A stretch of DNA of 64,000 nt from an uncultured Methanobacteriaceae archaeon (GCA_963704525.1 OY969914.1:890475-954474); one strand, 5' to 3'; shown: positions 44,086-55,157, counted from the first letter of the stretch. The notes: generated by a model from the letters alone, not told the origin. A program made the numbers and translations.

Positions 44086-45456
44086 ATGAAGGTAACATTG
44101 ATTAATCCAGCTCAACTTGATTCCAAATACAAATTCATGGGTGTTGTTGCACCACCATTAGGATTAGCATATATGGCAGCAGTTTTAGAGGAAAATAATT
44201 TTGAGGTAAATATAATCGATGCATGCGCACTGGAAATGGACTGGGAATGTTTGGGTGATGAACTTAAAAGTTGTTCTCCAAGAGTGATTGCCATAACTGC
44301 ACTAACTCCAACAATTGGTAAAGCTCTTGAAACTGCAAAATTAGCTAAAAAGATTTGTCCTGATGCCATGATAGTCCTTGGAGGTTATCATCCCACATTC
44401 AATTATAAAGAAATATTAGAACAAGAATTTGTGGATGTTGTTATTATGGGGGAGGGAGAAAATACCCTCCTTGATCTTGTCAGAACAATCGATAATGGCG
44501 GCAGCCTGAACAATGTGAACGGACTTGCATTTAAAGATGTTATAACCACAGCAAGACCATTAATAGAAGACTTGGATGATTTACCATTTCCTGCAAGGCA
44601 TTTACTCCCAATTGAATATTATAAACTGCTCAATATGGAAACCAGAATGACAACAATGATTACCAGTCGAGGATGTCCAATGCAGTGTTCATTTTGCTCA
44701 TCAGCCGCCCTACATGGATCAAAATTACGATTGAGATCTATTGATAATATTTTAGACGAAATGGAGTTCCTGGTTAATGAACTTGGAATTGAAACCATAG
44801 CATTCATGGATGACACTTTCACTTTAAACAAGAGAAGAGTGCTTGAAATATGTTCCGGAATAAAAGCACGGAATATAAATGTATTATGGGGATGTACTGC
44901 TCGAGTTGATACATTAAATGCGGAGGTTTTAAAGAGTATGAGGGATGCGGGATGTATCACATTGTTTATGGGTGTTGAATCAGCAGATCAGCAGATGCTT
45001 GATGAAGTGAACAAACAAACCACCATTGAAAAAATAAGAAATGCATTCGAAGTATCTCGTAAAGAAAAAATCCGAACCATCGCATCTGTTGTTCTGGGAA
45101 TGCCCGGAGATACCCACGAAAGTATTAAAAATACTATAAATTTCGTTAAAGAGCTGAATCCATCTTATGCCATATTTTCACTTGCAACCCCCTATCCAGG
45201 GACTAAATTTTACCAGCAAACCTTTGAAAAGGACCTTATCAAAGTAAAAGATTGGTCTAAGTACACCCTAATCTCCCCAATACTAGAAACTGTTGACTGT
45301 TCGCTAGACGAACTTAGAAAGTTACAAGCAACAGCATTTAAAAAGTTTTACCTCAGACCGTCTTACCTACTTAGACAAGTTATGATGGATGGACCAATAC
45401 TTATTAAAACAATTTTTGGGGTTGTAAGGAACATTTTATTGCCTATTAAAAATTGA
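44086..45456 (+). CDS. Cobalamin-binding radical SAM protein
   Basis: PPLGLAYMAA B12-binding start, TSRGCPMQCSFC (CxxxCxxC), TPYPGT; GAGGTGA RBS before ATG 44086. Confidence 0.9.
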   Translation: MKVTLINPAQLDSKYKFMGVVAPPLGLAYMAAVLEENNFEVNIIDACALEMDWECLGDELKSCSPRVIAITALTPTIGKALETAKLAKKICPDAMIVLGGYHPTFNYKEILEQEFVDVVIMGEGENTLLDLVRTIDNGGSLNNVNGLAFKDVITTARPLIEDLDDLPFPARHLLPIEYYKLLNMETRMTTMITSRGCPMQCSFCSSAALHGSKLRLRSIDNILDEMEFLVNELGIETIAFMDDTFTLNKRRVLEICSGIKARNINVLWGCTARVDTLNAEVLKSMRDAGCITLFMGVESADQQMLDEVNKQTTIEKIRNAFEVSRKEKIRTIASVVLGMPGDTHESIKNTINFVKELNPSYAIFSLATPYPGTKFYQQTFEKDLIKVKDWSKYTLISPILETVDCSLDELRKLQATAFKKFYLRPSYLLRQVMMDGPILIKTIFGVVRNILLPIKN

Positions 45457-45653
45457 ATATCATATTTCAATTTTTAAAAAGTTTAAATTTTCAAAATAAG
45501 TTTAGAATTAACTCTTCCTTCAACTGATTTTTCTTAGGCTTAATAAGTAAATTTCATTGGATAGTTTAATTATTTCTAAGGGCAATATTAATAATTGAAT
45601 TATTTGAACATTGTTCGTTAATTTATTGATCAAAATATTTAGGGGTTTGAGTA

Positions 45654-46118
45654 ATGAAAATAGCTATTATAATATATTCACAAACTGAACATACATATTC
45701 TGTGGGTTTAAAGCTTAAAGAAAAGTTATCTGATTCAGGAAACGATGTGGATATTATTAGAGTTGTTCCAATTGGTGATGTGAATCCTGGATCAAAGAAA
45801 ATTAAATTTGAAAGTGTGGTAGATACCGAAAAATATAATGGATTAATATTCGGCTCTCCTGTACATGCATTTTCCCTTGCACCTGCTATGAAATCTTATT
45901 TGGAACAAATCTCATCCCTTGATAGTAAAAATGTTGCATGTTTCGTTACCAAAGGTGTTCCATTTAATTGGACAGGTGGAACAAGGGCGATCAATATAAT
46001 GAAAAAGATTATAGGATCTAAATCTGGAAATGTTGTTGATACTTCCATAATTGTTTGGAATAAAAAACGTGACAAAACAATCCATGGTATGATAGAAAAT
46101 TTCTCGAAAAAATTTTAA
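45654..46118 (+). CDS. Flavodoxin-like protein
   Basis: IIYSQTEHT, LIFGSPVHAFS, ACFVT. Confidence 0.8.
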   Translation: MKIAIIIYSQTEHTYSVGLKLKEKLSDSGNDVDIIRVVPIGDVNPGSKKIKFESVVDTEKYNGLIFGSPVHAFSLAPAMKSYLEQISSLDSKNVACFVTKGVPFNWTGGTRAINIMKKIIGSKSGNVVDTSIIVWNKKRDKTIHGMIENFSKKF

Positions 46119-46162
46119 ATGCGATCAAATTTTATTAGATCAAAGATATTTTTTATAAACAT

Positions 46163-46513
46163 GTGAGGTGTATTTTAGTGCCAGAAATTACCAATGAATT
46201 CATGTTAGATATGCTTTCTAAGTCAAAAAACTACTATTTGGTAATATTAAAAAAAACTGATAAGTACAATGAGCCTGGTGTTGAAAAAATTCTCTATGAA
46301 CATGGCAAAAGGAATTTTGAATTACGGGAAGCGGGATTGCTATCAATTGTATGCAGAATAAAGGATCACGGTGAAATAAGTGGTGTTGGCATTTTTAATA
46401 CCAGTTTTGAAGAATTGAAACTGATAATGGCAGAAGATCCCGGTGTTAAATCCGGAATATTTAGCTACGATGTCCATTTATGCAGCAGTTTCGCTGGGGA
46501 CAGTCTCCCCTAA
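46163..46513 (+). CDS. YCII-like small protein
   Basis: EDPGVKSGIFSY C-terminal motif; GAGGTG RBS, GTG start. Confidence 0.6.
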   Translation: MRCILVPEITNEFMLDMLSKSKNYYLVILKKTDKYNEPGVEKILYEHGKRNFELREAGLLSIVCRIKDHGEISGVGIFNTSFEELKLIMAEDPGVKSGIFSYDVHLCSSFAGDSLP

Positions 46514-46575
46514 AATTTTACTAAATATTTAACATTTTTCCCAAAAAATAAAGTATTAATTGATTATAAATTTGT

Positions 46576-47739
46576 TCAGTTTCCTAAGGCGCTAATTTTT
46601 CTCAGGTTGGTTACAACCTCGACCAGAGCATCAGCAATGGCATCTACATCTTCCATTGTGTTGAAACGACCAAATGTTATTCTAAGTGATCCATGAGCCC
46701 TTTCTGGATCTCCTCCTATTCCCAGGATTACATGACTTGCCTGGAGTGAACGGCTGAAACATGCCGAACCAGTACTGACAGCAAAACCCCTCATGTCTAG
46801 GTGAAGTGTTATGGATTCACCTTCCACATAATCAAAGGAAATGTTAGCATTTTGAGGTAGTCTTTGTTTGTGATGTCCATTCAGGGTTGTTTTTGGTATT
46901 TCTGTGAGGATACGTTCCATTAAACGATCCCTCATTTCCATTAATTTGCTGGTTTCTTCTTTACTGGTTAGTTCAACAGCTTTTTTAAATCCAACAGCTC
47001 CTGGAATGTTTTCAAGCCCTCCCCTTCTATTAAATTCTTGGAAACCCCCATCGAGATATTTGTTAAATGGTGTTCCCTTTCTGATATAAAGAGCCCCTAT
47101 ACTGCTTGGTCCGTGGAGGGTATGTGCAGACAGGGTTACCAGGTCTGCAGGTATTTCTTTCACGTTAAGGGGTAGTTTTGTAAATGTATGAGTCGCATCT
47201 GTATGGAAAACAACATTTTTATCTTTACATATCTGCGCAATTGCCTTGATATCCTGGATGGTCCCAATTTCCTGGTTAGCGTGCTGTACAGATACAAGGA
47301 TAGTTTCTGGTTTGATTTGTTCCAGAACAGATTCTGGATTAACCATTCCATATTCATCCACCTCAAGATAACTTACTTCAAATCCCTGTTTTTCAAGTGT
47401 TTTAGCACTGTTTAAAACAGGAAAATCTTCTATCCTCGATAAAATTATGTGATTTCCTTTTTTTCCTTTAAGTGCCGTTGCAACACCTTTAATTGCAGTA
47501 TTGCTCGATTCTGAACTTCCAGATGTGAATATCAGTTCGTTGTCCTCAGCCCCTAAATAATTCGCTAAATAATTTCTGCTATCATCTAAAGCCTCATGAG
47601 CCTCTATTCCCATTGAGTATCCTGTTTCTGAAGTTGGAATAGCATATTTTTCGAAGAAATAAGGTTTCATAGCTTCCAATACTCTTTCATCCATCCTTGT
47701 TATGGATGAATTATCCAAGTACCTATATTTAACTTCCAT
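46576..47739 (-). CDS. IscS/NifS-like class V PLP-fold protein lacking the Schiff-base lysine
   Basis: YLDNS, FTSGSSES, HANQEIGTIQ, STGSAC (persulfide Cys), GSLRITFG; but SAHTLHGPSS where SAHKxxGPKG is expected. Confidence 0.85.
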   Translation of the reverse strand: MEVKYRYLDNSSITRMDERVLEAMKPYFFEKYAIPTSETGYSMGIEAHEALDDSRNYLANYLGAEDNELIFTSGSSESSNTAIKGVATALKGKKGNHIILSRIEDFPVLNSAKTLEKQGFEVSYLEVDEYGMVNPESVLEQIKPETILVSVQHANQEIGTIQDIKAIAQICKDKNVVFHTDATHTFTKLPLNVKEIPADLVTLSAHTLHGPSSIGALYIRKGTPFNKYLDGGFQEFNRRGGLENIPGAVGFKKAVELTSKEETSKLMEMRDRLMERILTEIPKTTLNGHHKQRLPQNANISFDYVEGESITLHLDMRGFAVSTGSACFSRSLQASHVILGIGGDPERAHGSLRITFGRFNTMEDVDAIADALVEVVTNLRKISALGN

Positions 47740-47839
47740 TTATATCCCCCTGACATTTTTTCACATTTTCTTTAACAATAATATTAGAAACTTGTTTTTC
47801 TTTTTGCAGAGATTTGCATCGTATGAAAGTGCATTTGGT

Positions 47840-48280
47840 TCATATGAAAAGTGTGATTTTGGAATTTCTAGCTTCATTAACGTAGGTTCCAACTGCACCA
47901 TATTCATCTATGAGTTCCTGGTTCAAGTCTTCCTTTGAAACTCCCATTATCTCCATGGTCATTTCACATGCTATGACCTTACCTCCAAGCTCTTTAAAAT
48001 CTTTTATTAATCTTTCGAGGGAGGCTACATTGGCTTTTTTCATCCTGCGATTTATCATCCATTTTCCAAGGCCTAAAAAGTGCATCTTGGATAGCGGGCC
48101 CTTGTCCAAACCTCCCTTTTGAAGTCTTTGAAGACCCCAAAATGTGAAGAATAGTGATGCTTCCATTCCCATTGACAAAGCCCCGTTTGAAACTATTAGC
48201 GCACTATATATCTTGTCCATATCTCCACTGTGAACAATTATGGTTGATTTATCTGCTTTTATTGTTTCTTCAACCATCAA
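47840..48280 (-). CDS. DsrE/DsrE2-like sulfur-relay protein
   Basis: ASLFFTFWGL, KVIACEMTMEIMG, GAVGTYV. Confidence 0.85.
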   Translation of the reverse strand: MMVEETIKADKSTIIVHSGDMDKIYSALIVSNGALSMGMEASLFFTFWGLQRLQKGGLDKGPLSKMHFLGLGKWMINRRMKKANVASLERLIKDFKELGGKVIACEMTMEIMGVSKEDLNQELIDEYGAVGTYVNEARNSKITLFI

Positions 48281-48285
48281 ATCAC

Positions 48286-48507
48286 CTACTTACGTATTTT
48301 AATCTTCCAGATACCATCTTTTTCCTGGACATCCAGAAGTTCAGAACCCAGAGATTCTACTGCCATTGGAATTTCCTTCTTAGATGCAGGGTGGGTTCCT
48401 TCCATCACTATTATTTCTCCTTTAGAAACATTTCTGAGTGCTTTTCTCATTTCTACTAGGGGAACCGGGCATGTTTCTCCCTTAACATCTATTTTGATTT
48501 CTTCCAT
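48286..48507 (-). CDS. TusA/SirA-family sulfurtransferase
   Basis: IDVKGETCPVPL (CPxP), 73 aa. Confidence 0.88.
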   Translation of the reverse strand: MEEIKIDVKGETCPVPLVEMRKALRNVSKGEIIVMEGTHPASKKEIPMAVESLGSELLDVQEKDGIWKIKIRK

Positions 48508-48735
48508 TAAATCACCTCAAATATTCAGCGAAATTAACTTTATTTAACCATATATTTGTCCTTGAATCAACATAAAATTTTAGTATTTTCCAGATTTTTA
48601 TAACCCTATTACCTAATTAAAATAGTATAACCTTGTTATATTCATTTGATGATGATACATAAATTCTGAGATTCATCTTTCAAGAATTGAAATCTATTTA
48701 AGCCCATGATAGAAAATTTTAATGTGGTGATCATA

Positions 48736-49413
48736 ATGAAAACTGTAGTTTTATCCTATCCCATAAAAAACAACTCCCCACATTACATAGGTACAACAAA
48801 ACCTTCTCTGGAAGCTTTAACTCAGATAGAAAATGGTGATGATTACAACACCTACAAGATAACAGTAGGAAACCACACTGGAACCCATATTGACGCTCCA
48901 AAACATTTCATTGACACAGGAAAATCTATAAGCGATTACCTCCCTCAAGATCTCAGCTTTAAAAATCCCAAGATAATCAACTGTCCAAAAAACCCTTATG
49001 AACTCATCGAAATTGAAGATATTCATCATTCAGACTTGAAGGAATGTGAATGCTTACTAATTAAAACAGAATTTGGAAAGTACAGAGAGTCTGATCTTCA
49101 AAAATATCTCACTGAAAGCCCTGGAATATCTGTTAATACAGTTGAATGGATCAGGAAAAACCATCCACAAATACGATGCATCGGAATTGACACCATCTCC
49201 ATATCAAGGTATAATGACGAAGAAAATGCTAAAAAAACACATATCACCGGTTTCAAAACCAGTAACAAATATGGTGAACCACTCCTGTTCATCGAAGACA
49301 TGAACATGGATAAATTAAACTACCAACAAAAATTGAATGAAATTCTCGTAGTGCCATGGCAGATAGTTGGAGTTGACAGTGCACCATGTATTGTTATTGC
49401 TGATTTGAAATAG
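48736..49413 (+). CDS. Cyclase family (kynurenine formamidase-like) metal hydrolase
   Basis: NHTGTHIDAPKHF, GIDTIS, IEDM, DSAPC; GGTGA RBS before ATG 48736. Confidence 0.85.
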   Translation: MKTVVLSYPIKNNSPHYIGTTKPSLEALTQIENGDDYNTYKITVGNHTGTHIDAPKHFIDTGKSISDYLPQDLSFKNPKIINCPKNPYELIEIEDIHHSDLKECECLLIKTEFGKYRESDLQKYLTESPGISVNTVEWIRKNHPQIRCIGIDTISISRYNDEENAKKTHITGFKTSNKYGEPLLFIEDMNMDKLNYQQKLNEILVVPWQIVGVDSAPCIVIADLK

Positions 49414-49668
49414 TAAAATAAACTTTATCGGATGTCTCGGATATACTTCATACTCAAAAATGCATGGATATATTATTAAATTGATATTTAAATTGTAGAT
49501 TAATATCAACTTTTTCTAAAATTGTTTTAGAAAAATGTAATAATGATAAATAATTATACTATTATATAAATTTTTTGAGAAGTCGAACATTTTTGATTAG
49601 ATAAACCCTGGGGTGTAAATATTATAGAACAAAATTTAGTTTCTATAAATAGAAGGAATCATAGTAAT

Positions 49669-51894
49669 TTGATATTTTTTGGACTTGTTTTAATTGGTTT
49701 AGTAGTTGTTTTTTCGTATGGTATGGATAATGTTTCGGCAGTTAGTCCAATCTATGTTAGCACCCATGGTAACAACAGTTGGAATGGTTTGCATTCTACA
49801 CACATCCAAGGTACTTTATACGGGCCTAAAGCTACAATAAAAAATGCCACTGGTACCATAAAATCTGGCGGAGCATTACATATAGCCAGTGGAATCTACA
49901 AAGAAAACAACATCACCATAAATAAGAACATGTACATCATTGGTGCAAAGCAGAGTAACACTATAATAAACGGAAACAACAAGGGACCGATATTCCACAT
50001 CACACACAATGTTGTAAAAGTATCTATCCACAACCTTACAATCATTAACGCAAAGACAACTAACTATGCTGCAATCGAAAATGGGGGATTTTGTAATTTG
50101 TATATAGATAGGTGTAGCTTCACTAACAACACTGGTAGAGCAATCTTCAATGGTGGTGAGGGGGGTAATGTGATTGTAAAAGATACAATATTCAGTAAAA
50201 ACACTGCTGCAATCTACAATTATGTTGATAATACGATGCGCCTGACTAACTGTACTTTCACCAACAACAATGGAAACAAGGGAGATTATGTAATCTCTAA
50301 TGGTGGTGTTCTGTATATAGATAGGTGCAAATTCAACAACAATCCTACTGTCACAATATCCAACTATTTCGGCGCGTCAATAATTGTATCCCGGAGCATC
50401 TTCACCAACAACACTTGTGCTATCGAAAGCGATGGTGGTTTAAAAGTAACCGGCTGTATATTTACCAAAAACACCAAAGGAGCCATCTGGAATGATCGTG
50501 TGGCAACTGTAACTAGCAGCAAATTCGTAGGTAACAATGCAGTCAATGGTGGTGCAATCAGAAACGATGGTGAAGTTGCTTTAACAGTTACTAACAGCAC
50601 CTTCACAAACAACACCGCAACAGAAAATGGAGGTGCCATTCACAGTATTTATGATTCTAAATTGAAAGTGAGTAACTGTACTTTCATCAATAACATCGCA
50701 AAAGAAAATGGAGGTGCCATTTACAGTGGTAGTGAAGTAATTGATTTAAATGTGACTAGTTGTAATTTCAACAATAACACTGCAAACGATGTGGGCGGTG
50801 CCATATACACCTACAGTGGTACTGTAAATTTTAATCGATTAATTGGAGATAAAAACTACGAACTCTACAATAACGGCACTAATTCTTTGGATGCTAAATA
50901 TAATTGGTGGGGTTCAAATAACCCTGATTTCAGCAACCTGGTTTCAGGAGTTGTTAATACCAATCCGTGGATTGTATTAACCATCAATGCAAACCCTACA
51001 ACAATCAATAATGGTGGAAATTCAGCCATCATTGCGGGTTTACTTCGTGATTCCAATGGTGCGTACCACAGCCCATTATTAACTCATTTGCCCGATGGTA
51101 TACCAGTAAGCTTTTCAAGTGATGGTAAAGGAAGTGTAAACCCCACAGCACCAGTTAATGGTATGGTGGCTGGTAAAGCTACAACTACATTCACAGCGGG
51201 TATTCCAGGCATCTCTTCAATTGCAGCAACAGTTGACAGTCAGACAGTAACATCACAAGTAAATATCTTACCTGTAGCATTAGTGACTAGTAGCGATCCT
51301 ATTAACAATGCATCTAACGTTGCTATAAATAAGATTATCAAGATCTACTTCAACCAACCAATCAAATTCTCAAACAACATATGGATAGAACTCCACAGAA
51401 CAGCCACAGGACCAGCAAAATCATTTAAGATCTCCATCAGCGATAATGTATTATCCTTAACTACTAGTTATCCCTTAGCAATTGGAACTAAATACACTGT
51501 GATCATACACTCAAAAAGTATAACAGACATGATGGGGAATGCTTTAGCAGCACCATATACAACCAGATTCACAACATCATTACCACCAGTCGTGACAAGC
51601 ACAAGTCCATTAAACAATGCTTTTAATGTGGCGGTGAATAAAGTGATACAAATCAACTTCAGCAAAGCCATTCAACTCGGTGCAAACCCGTGGATTGAAC
51701 TTAAAAATCAGTACGGACAAGCCAAACCATTCAAAACCAGTATAAATGGTAGTACACTGAATATAACAACCGACGCAACATTTGCAAGGGGAACAACTTA
51801 CACAGTCATACTCCATTCAAACAGCGTCACAAGCACAGGTGGAGCAGGACTAGCAGCACCATACACAACACGATTCACAACAACAACTGCCTAA
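49669..51894 (+). CDS. Adhesin-like surface protein (beta-helix GGAI/FxxN repeats, Ig-like domains, two Big_5 domains)
   Basis: Repeats FTNNTATENGGAIH / FINNIAKENGGAIY, NWWGSNNP, and two C-terminal SDP/TSP..IKIYFNQPI-type domains. True start may be upstream (49621/49624). Confidence 0.85.
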   Translation: MIFFGLVLIGLVVVFSYGMDNVSAVSPIYVSTHGNNSWNGLHSTHIQGTLYGPKATIKNATGTIKSGGALHIASGIYKENNITINKNMYIIGAKQSNTIINGNNKGPIFHITHNVVKVSIHNLTIINAKTTNYAAIENGGFCNLYIDRCSFTNNTGRAIFNGGEGGNVIVKDTIFSKNTAAIYNYVDNTMRLTNCTFTNNNGNKGDYVISNGGVLYIDRCKFNNNPTVTISNYFGASIIVSRSIFTNNTCAIESDGGLKVTGCIFTKNTKGAIWNDRVATVTSSKFVGNNAVNGGAIRNDGEVALTVTNSTFTNNTATENGGAIHSIYDSKLKVSNCTFINNIAKENGGAIYSGSEVIDLNVTSCNFNNNTANDVGGAIYTYSGTVNFNRLIGDKNYELYNNGTNSLDAKYNWWGSNNPDFSNLVSGVVNTNPWIVLTINANPTTINNGGNSAIIAGLLRDSNGAYHSPLLTHLPDGIPVSFSSDGKGSVNPTAPVNGMVAGKATTTFTAGIPGISSIAATVDSQTVTSQVNILPVALVTSSDPINNASNVAINKIIKIYFNQPIKFSNNIWIELHRTATGPAKSFKISISDNVLSLTTSYPLAIGTKYTVIIHSKSITDMMGNALAAPYTTRFTTSLPPVVTSTSPLNNAFNVAVNKVIQINFSKAIQLGANPWIELKNQYGQAKPFKTSINGSTLNITTDATFARGTTYTVILHSNSVTSTGGAGLAAPYTTRFTTTTA

Positions 51895-52704
51895 ACAAAC
51901 AAAATATAAAATAGATGTTTCATAAAACCTCACTTATTTTTTTATTTTTTAAATAATTGTTAATGTTGAGATAATTTTGTTAAGAAATGATTATATTTAA
52001 ATTCGATTTATTTACTTATATTTGATGGTTAAAAAAAAAACCTTATGTGGGGCAAATTAGACCTTCAAATTCAAAATAGGGGCATAAAAATCCTACTACT
52101 TTTTTCTTTTATTATTTCTAAGATAATGGATATACCCATGCACATTAATGATTTAAATTGCTATTAGTTCCAATCATCTTAAGAGTTTTATTAACGTCTT
52201 AGATGTAAAATTGAATCATATTTTATTATTAAAAATATGTTAAATTATGGCTAAAAATCGACCATAAGATTAAAAATTTATTTATAATAAAAAAATTGAT
52301 TGTTATTTGAGTATTATATAAAACAGATTTAGTATGAAAATATTTGTGATAAGTTTAAATTAGTTAACAAAGTGGTAAATTGTTCACCATGCGTGGTTAT
52401 TGGATATGTTAAATAATAAGGTTAAAATCCATACAAGTACTCATCTACCAGTTATTAAAAATACAAAATGAACATCAAACACAGAAATTATTAACACCCA
52501 ATAAATTTGTAGTCCACATCTATGAAAAATATATAAAAAAATGTGCTTATTGGTGGTATATGTAATAAGTCAGGCTTATTTAAAAAAATCAAATGCTTTG
52601 CACCAGAATTTTAAAATTGACTTTGAAATAGTATCTTGCCTGCATATAATTGGAATCTAGTTTTGTTTCCCTAATTATTGAAGATTTTCAAAACCAGATC
52701 AAAA

Positions 52705-53169
52705 TTATGCTGATTCGTATAGCCTTTTGTATAAATAGCCAATAACTATTCCCAGAAAGAGAAATCTTGTTAAATTAAAAATTGTGCCAATGAGGAAGTA
52801 ATACAAAGCATCAGCCGATCCATGTAAACTTCTGGGAACATCGATCAGGATCGTGACAATGACTAGTGCGACGAAGCCTAGTATCATGGATTTTAGAATT
52901 GGATTTTTTGTTGGTATCTTATCAAAAAAACGAAGCAAGAAATAGCTAACTAAGCATCCGACAATCAAACCAACAAACAAAGAATCAATCCAAACCGTTT
53001 GAATACTCCAATTTGAAAAAGCAGCCCTGTACTCGGATGCAATTGGAAGTAGGGAAGTTAAGATGGTAGTTACCCAGAATACTACTCCTCCCCCAATAGT
53101 GAGTTTGAACAGCTTCTTGTAGAACTCATATTGATTTTGTTTGCTTGGATCCGAGACCTTGGGTTTCAT
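52705..53169 (-). CDS. Hypothetical 4-TM membrane protein
   Basis: Four hydrophobic helices; ATG 53169 just downstream of the DUF4386 gene stop (track 53208). Confidence 0.65.
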   Translation of the reverse strand: MKPKVSDPSKQNQYEFYKKLFKLTIGGGVVFWVTTILTSLLPIASEYRAAFSNWSIQTVWIDSLFVGLIVGCLVSYFLLRFFDKIPTKNPILKSMILGFVALVIVTILIDVPRSLHGSADALYYFLIGTIFNLTRFLFLGIVIGYLYKRLYESA

Positions 53170-53179
53170 ATTTGTTAAC

Positions 53180-53881
53180 CTATTCTCCATGTTGAGACTT
53201 GGAAGCAATTACGGATGGATTAAATCCTTTAACTATTAGCCATACTGCAAATACCATTTCCTGCACGGCTATTGGAATAGCTAACAATGCATATGGAGAA
53301 GTTAAACCCATCCCCAGACCTAAAATACCAAGCAATCCCACTAATACTATTAATGCAGCTCCAATGAATCCCCAAAGCGATAACCATCGCGGAATTAGTT
53401 TAGATTGATATAATACATAATTGAGCGTCATACTTGCTAAACCAGCGAAAAGCAAAGTCCCAATTAAACCAGACCATTCACGCAATGCCAATAGTAATGT
53501 GCCTAACGCTTGATAATATGAAGCATCAACTACTCCTGATACATATTTCTGGCTCACTGTTAATATTGTAAGAAGAACTAAAGCACCAACAACATAAAAA
53601 ACGTTCTCAAATATTCTTAAAACAACATAACCCATAGCCAAACTTTCAATATGCCTTCTAAGAATTGGGAACAACATAAATGAAGTGGCAACAGCCGATG
53701 TAGCAGCTATTAACCATAATATCACTGCTATTATCATTTGGTTTCCATGTGCAGAAACGCTACCAAGATAATAAGGAGCGCCTAAAATTGAACCTAAAGA
53801 AACAGAACCTAATATAGATGCAACTGTCGCAATTATAAATAAAACTCCCACAATTATTCCTGTCTTTCTATATGAATCCAT
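53180..53881 (-). CDS. DUF4386-family membrane protein
   Basis: RKTGIIVGVLFII start, LYQSKLIPRWLSLWG, QEMVFAVWLIVKGFN. Confidence 0.8.
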   Translation of the reverse strand: MDSYRKTGIIVGVLFIIATVASILGSVSLGSILGAPYYLGSVSAHGNQMIIAVILWLIAATSAVATSFMLFPILRRHIESLAMGYVVLRIFENVFYVVGALVLLTILTVSQKYVSGVVDASYYQALGTLLLALREWSGLIGTLLFAGLASMTLNYVLYQSKLIPRWLSLWGFIGAALIVLVGLLGILGLGMGLTSPYALLAIPIAVQEMVFAVWLIVKGFNPSVIASKSQHGE

Positions 53882-54704
53882 TTTTTTTCACCCTTTTTAT
53901 TATTAAAATTAACAACAACATGCTCCTTTTTATGTCCTTTTTCCAAATACAAATGAACTTCAACAAATTATTCGTGAGAATAATTCCTATCAATTGCTGG
54001 CAATTTATCTACTGCATCAAACGAGTTATTTTTGATAAAAATGAGATTTTTAGTATTTAGAAGGCAAATCCGTCTATTAATATTTTATTGTTTATAATTG
54101 ATGTCCAACGCATTCGAAGACCCATTCCATGTGAATAAACACAGTATAATCTATTTAAAACTGCTTTAGCAGCTTTTTAACTAATTTTTAGATATGAATA
54201 TTTAAATCATATTCCGAATATTATATTATAATTCCTGATTTTTCTAAGCATGTATGTTAGTCATTCATATATAATTATAACAATTATAGTATATACTATT
54301 CGAATTAGTAATAATCAACTCGCATAGATCCAAAGAACTGCTCCATAATTCATTTATTGCTATTTCTGCGTCATATTTACACAAATCAATAGTTATTGCT
54401 CACTTAATGAGTATATCAATTTTTCAGATTATTAAATTAAATAAGCATTTATACGTTGTTAAAAAAGGTTTCCAAGTAATTTTACAGAGTTTTTGGTGAG
54501 CTAATCTATAATTACTTAGAATATTAAAAAATCTATTGACTTTGAAATAGTATTTTGGCTGCATACTAAATTCCGATAGATTCGTTGATATTTAACAAAA
54601 AATTTTTAATCTAAGAGGATTGGATCGATCCTACTGGGTTATAAACATAATAATAATTAATTTGAAACAGGATAATCTGAAATAAAACTTTTAAACTGGG
54701 GAAT

Positions 54705-54727
54705 AAAAAAAAAGCCCTATAAAGGGT
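54705..54727 (-). terminator. Hairpin plus poly-U terminator after the 54729-55157 gene
   Basis: Minus strand ACCCTTTATAGGGC followed by a T run. Confidence 0.5.
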
Positions 54728-54728
54728 G

Positions 54729-55157
54729 TTAAAACGGGACATTAATTTTTACTGTTTTACTATATGGTCTTAGATTGTCTTTGCGATTCCCATAATAAAC
54801 TATATCAAGATTATACACCCCTTTACTAAGAACAAAACCATCTGACGTAGCAGTTGCCGATATAAGTTTTGATAGTTTCCGGTCTTTGAATACAAGATCC
54901 CCATTACTCCCATCGGGATTTGATCGAAACACATAGAAGCTGATATATCTGCAGCCTAACGGTATTGAATCACTGTTCAGCAATACAGCTTTTATATGGA
55001 TTGGTTCTGTACCATAAGTAATAATATCAGTGAAAGGATTTAAATCCCCATCTACTATTGAAGTTTTTTGCATTCCAGGCACGAATGCAAATATGGGCTG
55101 TACAGCCGATGCAAGCATTAAAACAATAGAAATCAAAGCCAAATATCTAATTTTCAT
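54729..55157 (-). CDS. Secreted hypothetical protein (small beta-rich domain)
   Basis: GAGGTGA RBS, signal peptide MKIRYLALISIVLMLASAVQPIFA. Confidence 0.7.
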   Translation of the reverse strand: MKIRYLALISIVLMLASAVQPIFAFVPGMQKTSIVDGDLNPFTDIITYGTEPIHIKAVLLNSDSIPLGCRYISFYVFRSNPDGSNGDLVFKDRKLSKLISATATSDGFVLSKGVYNLDIVYYGNRKDNLRPYSKTVKINVPF

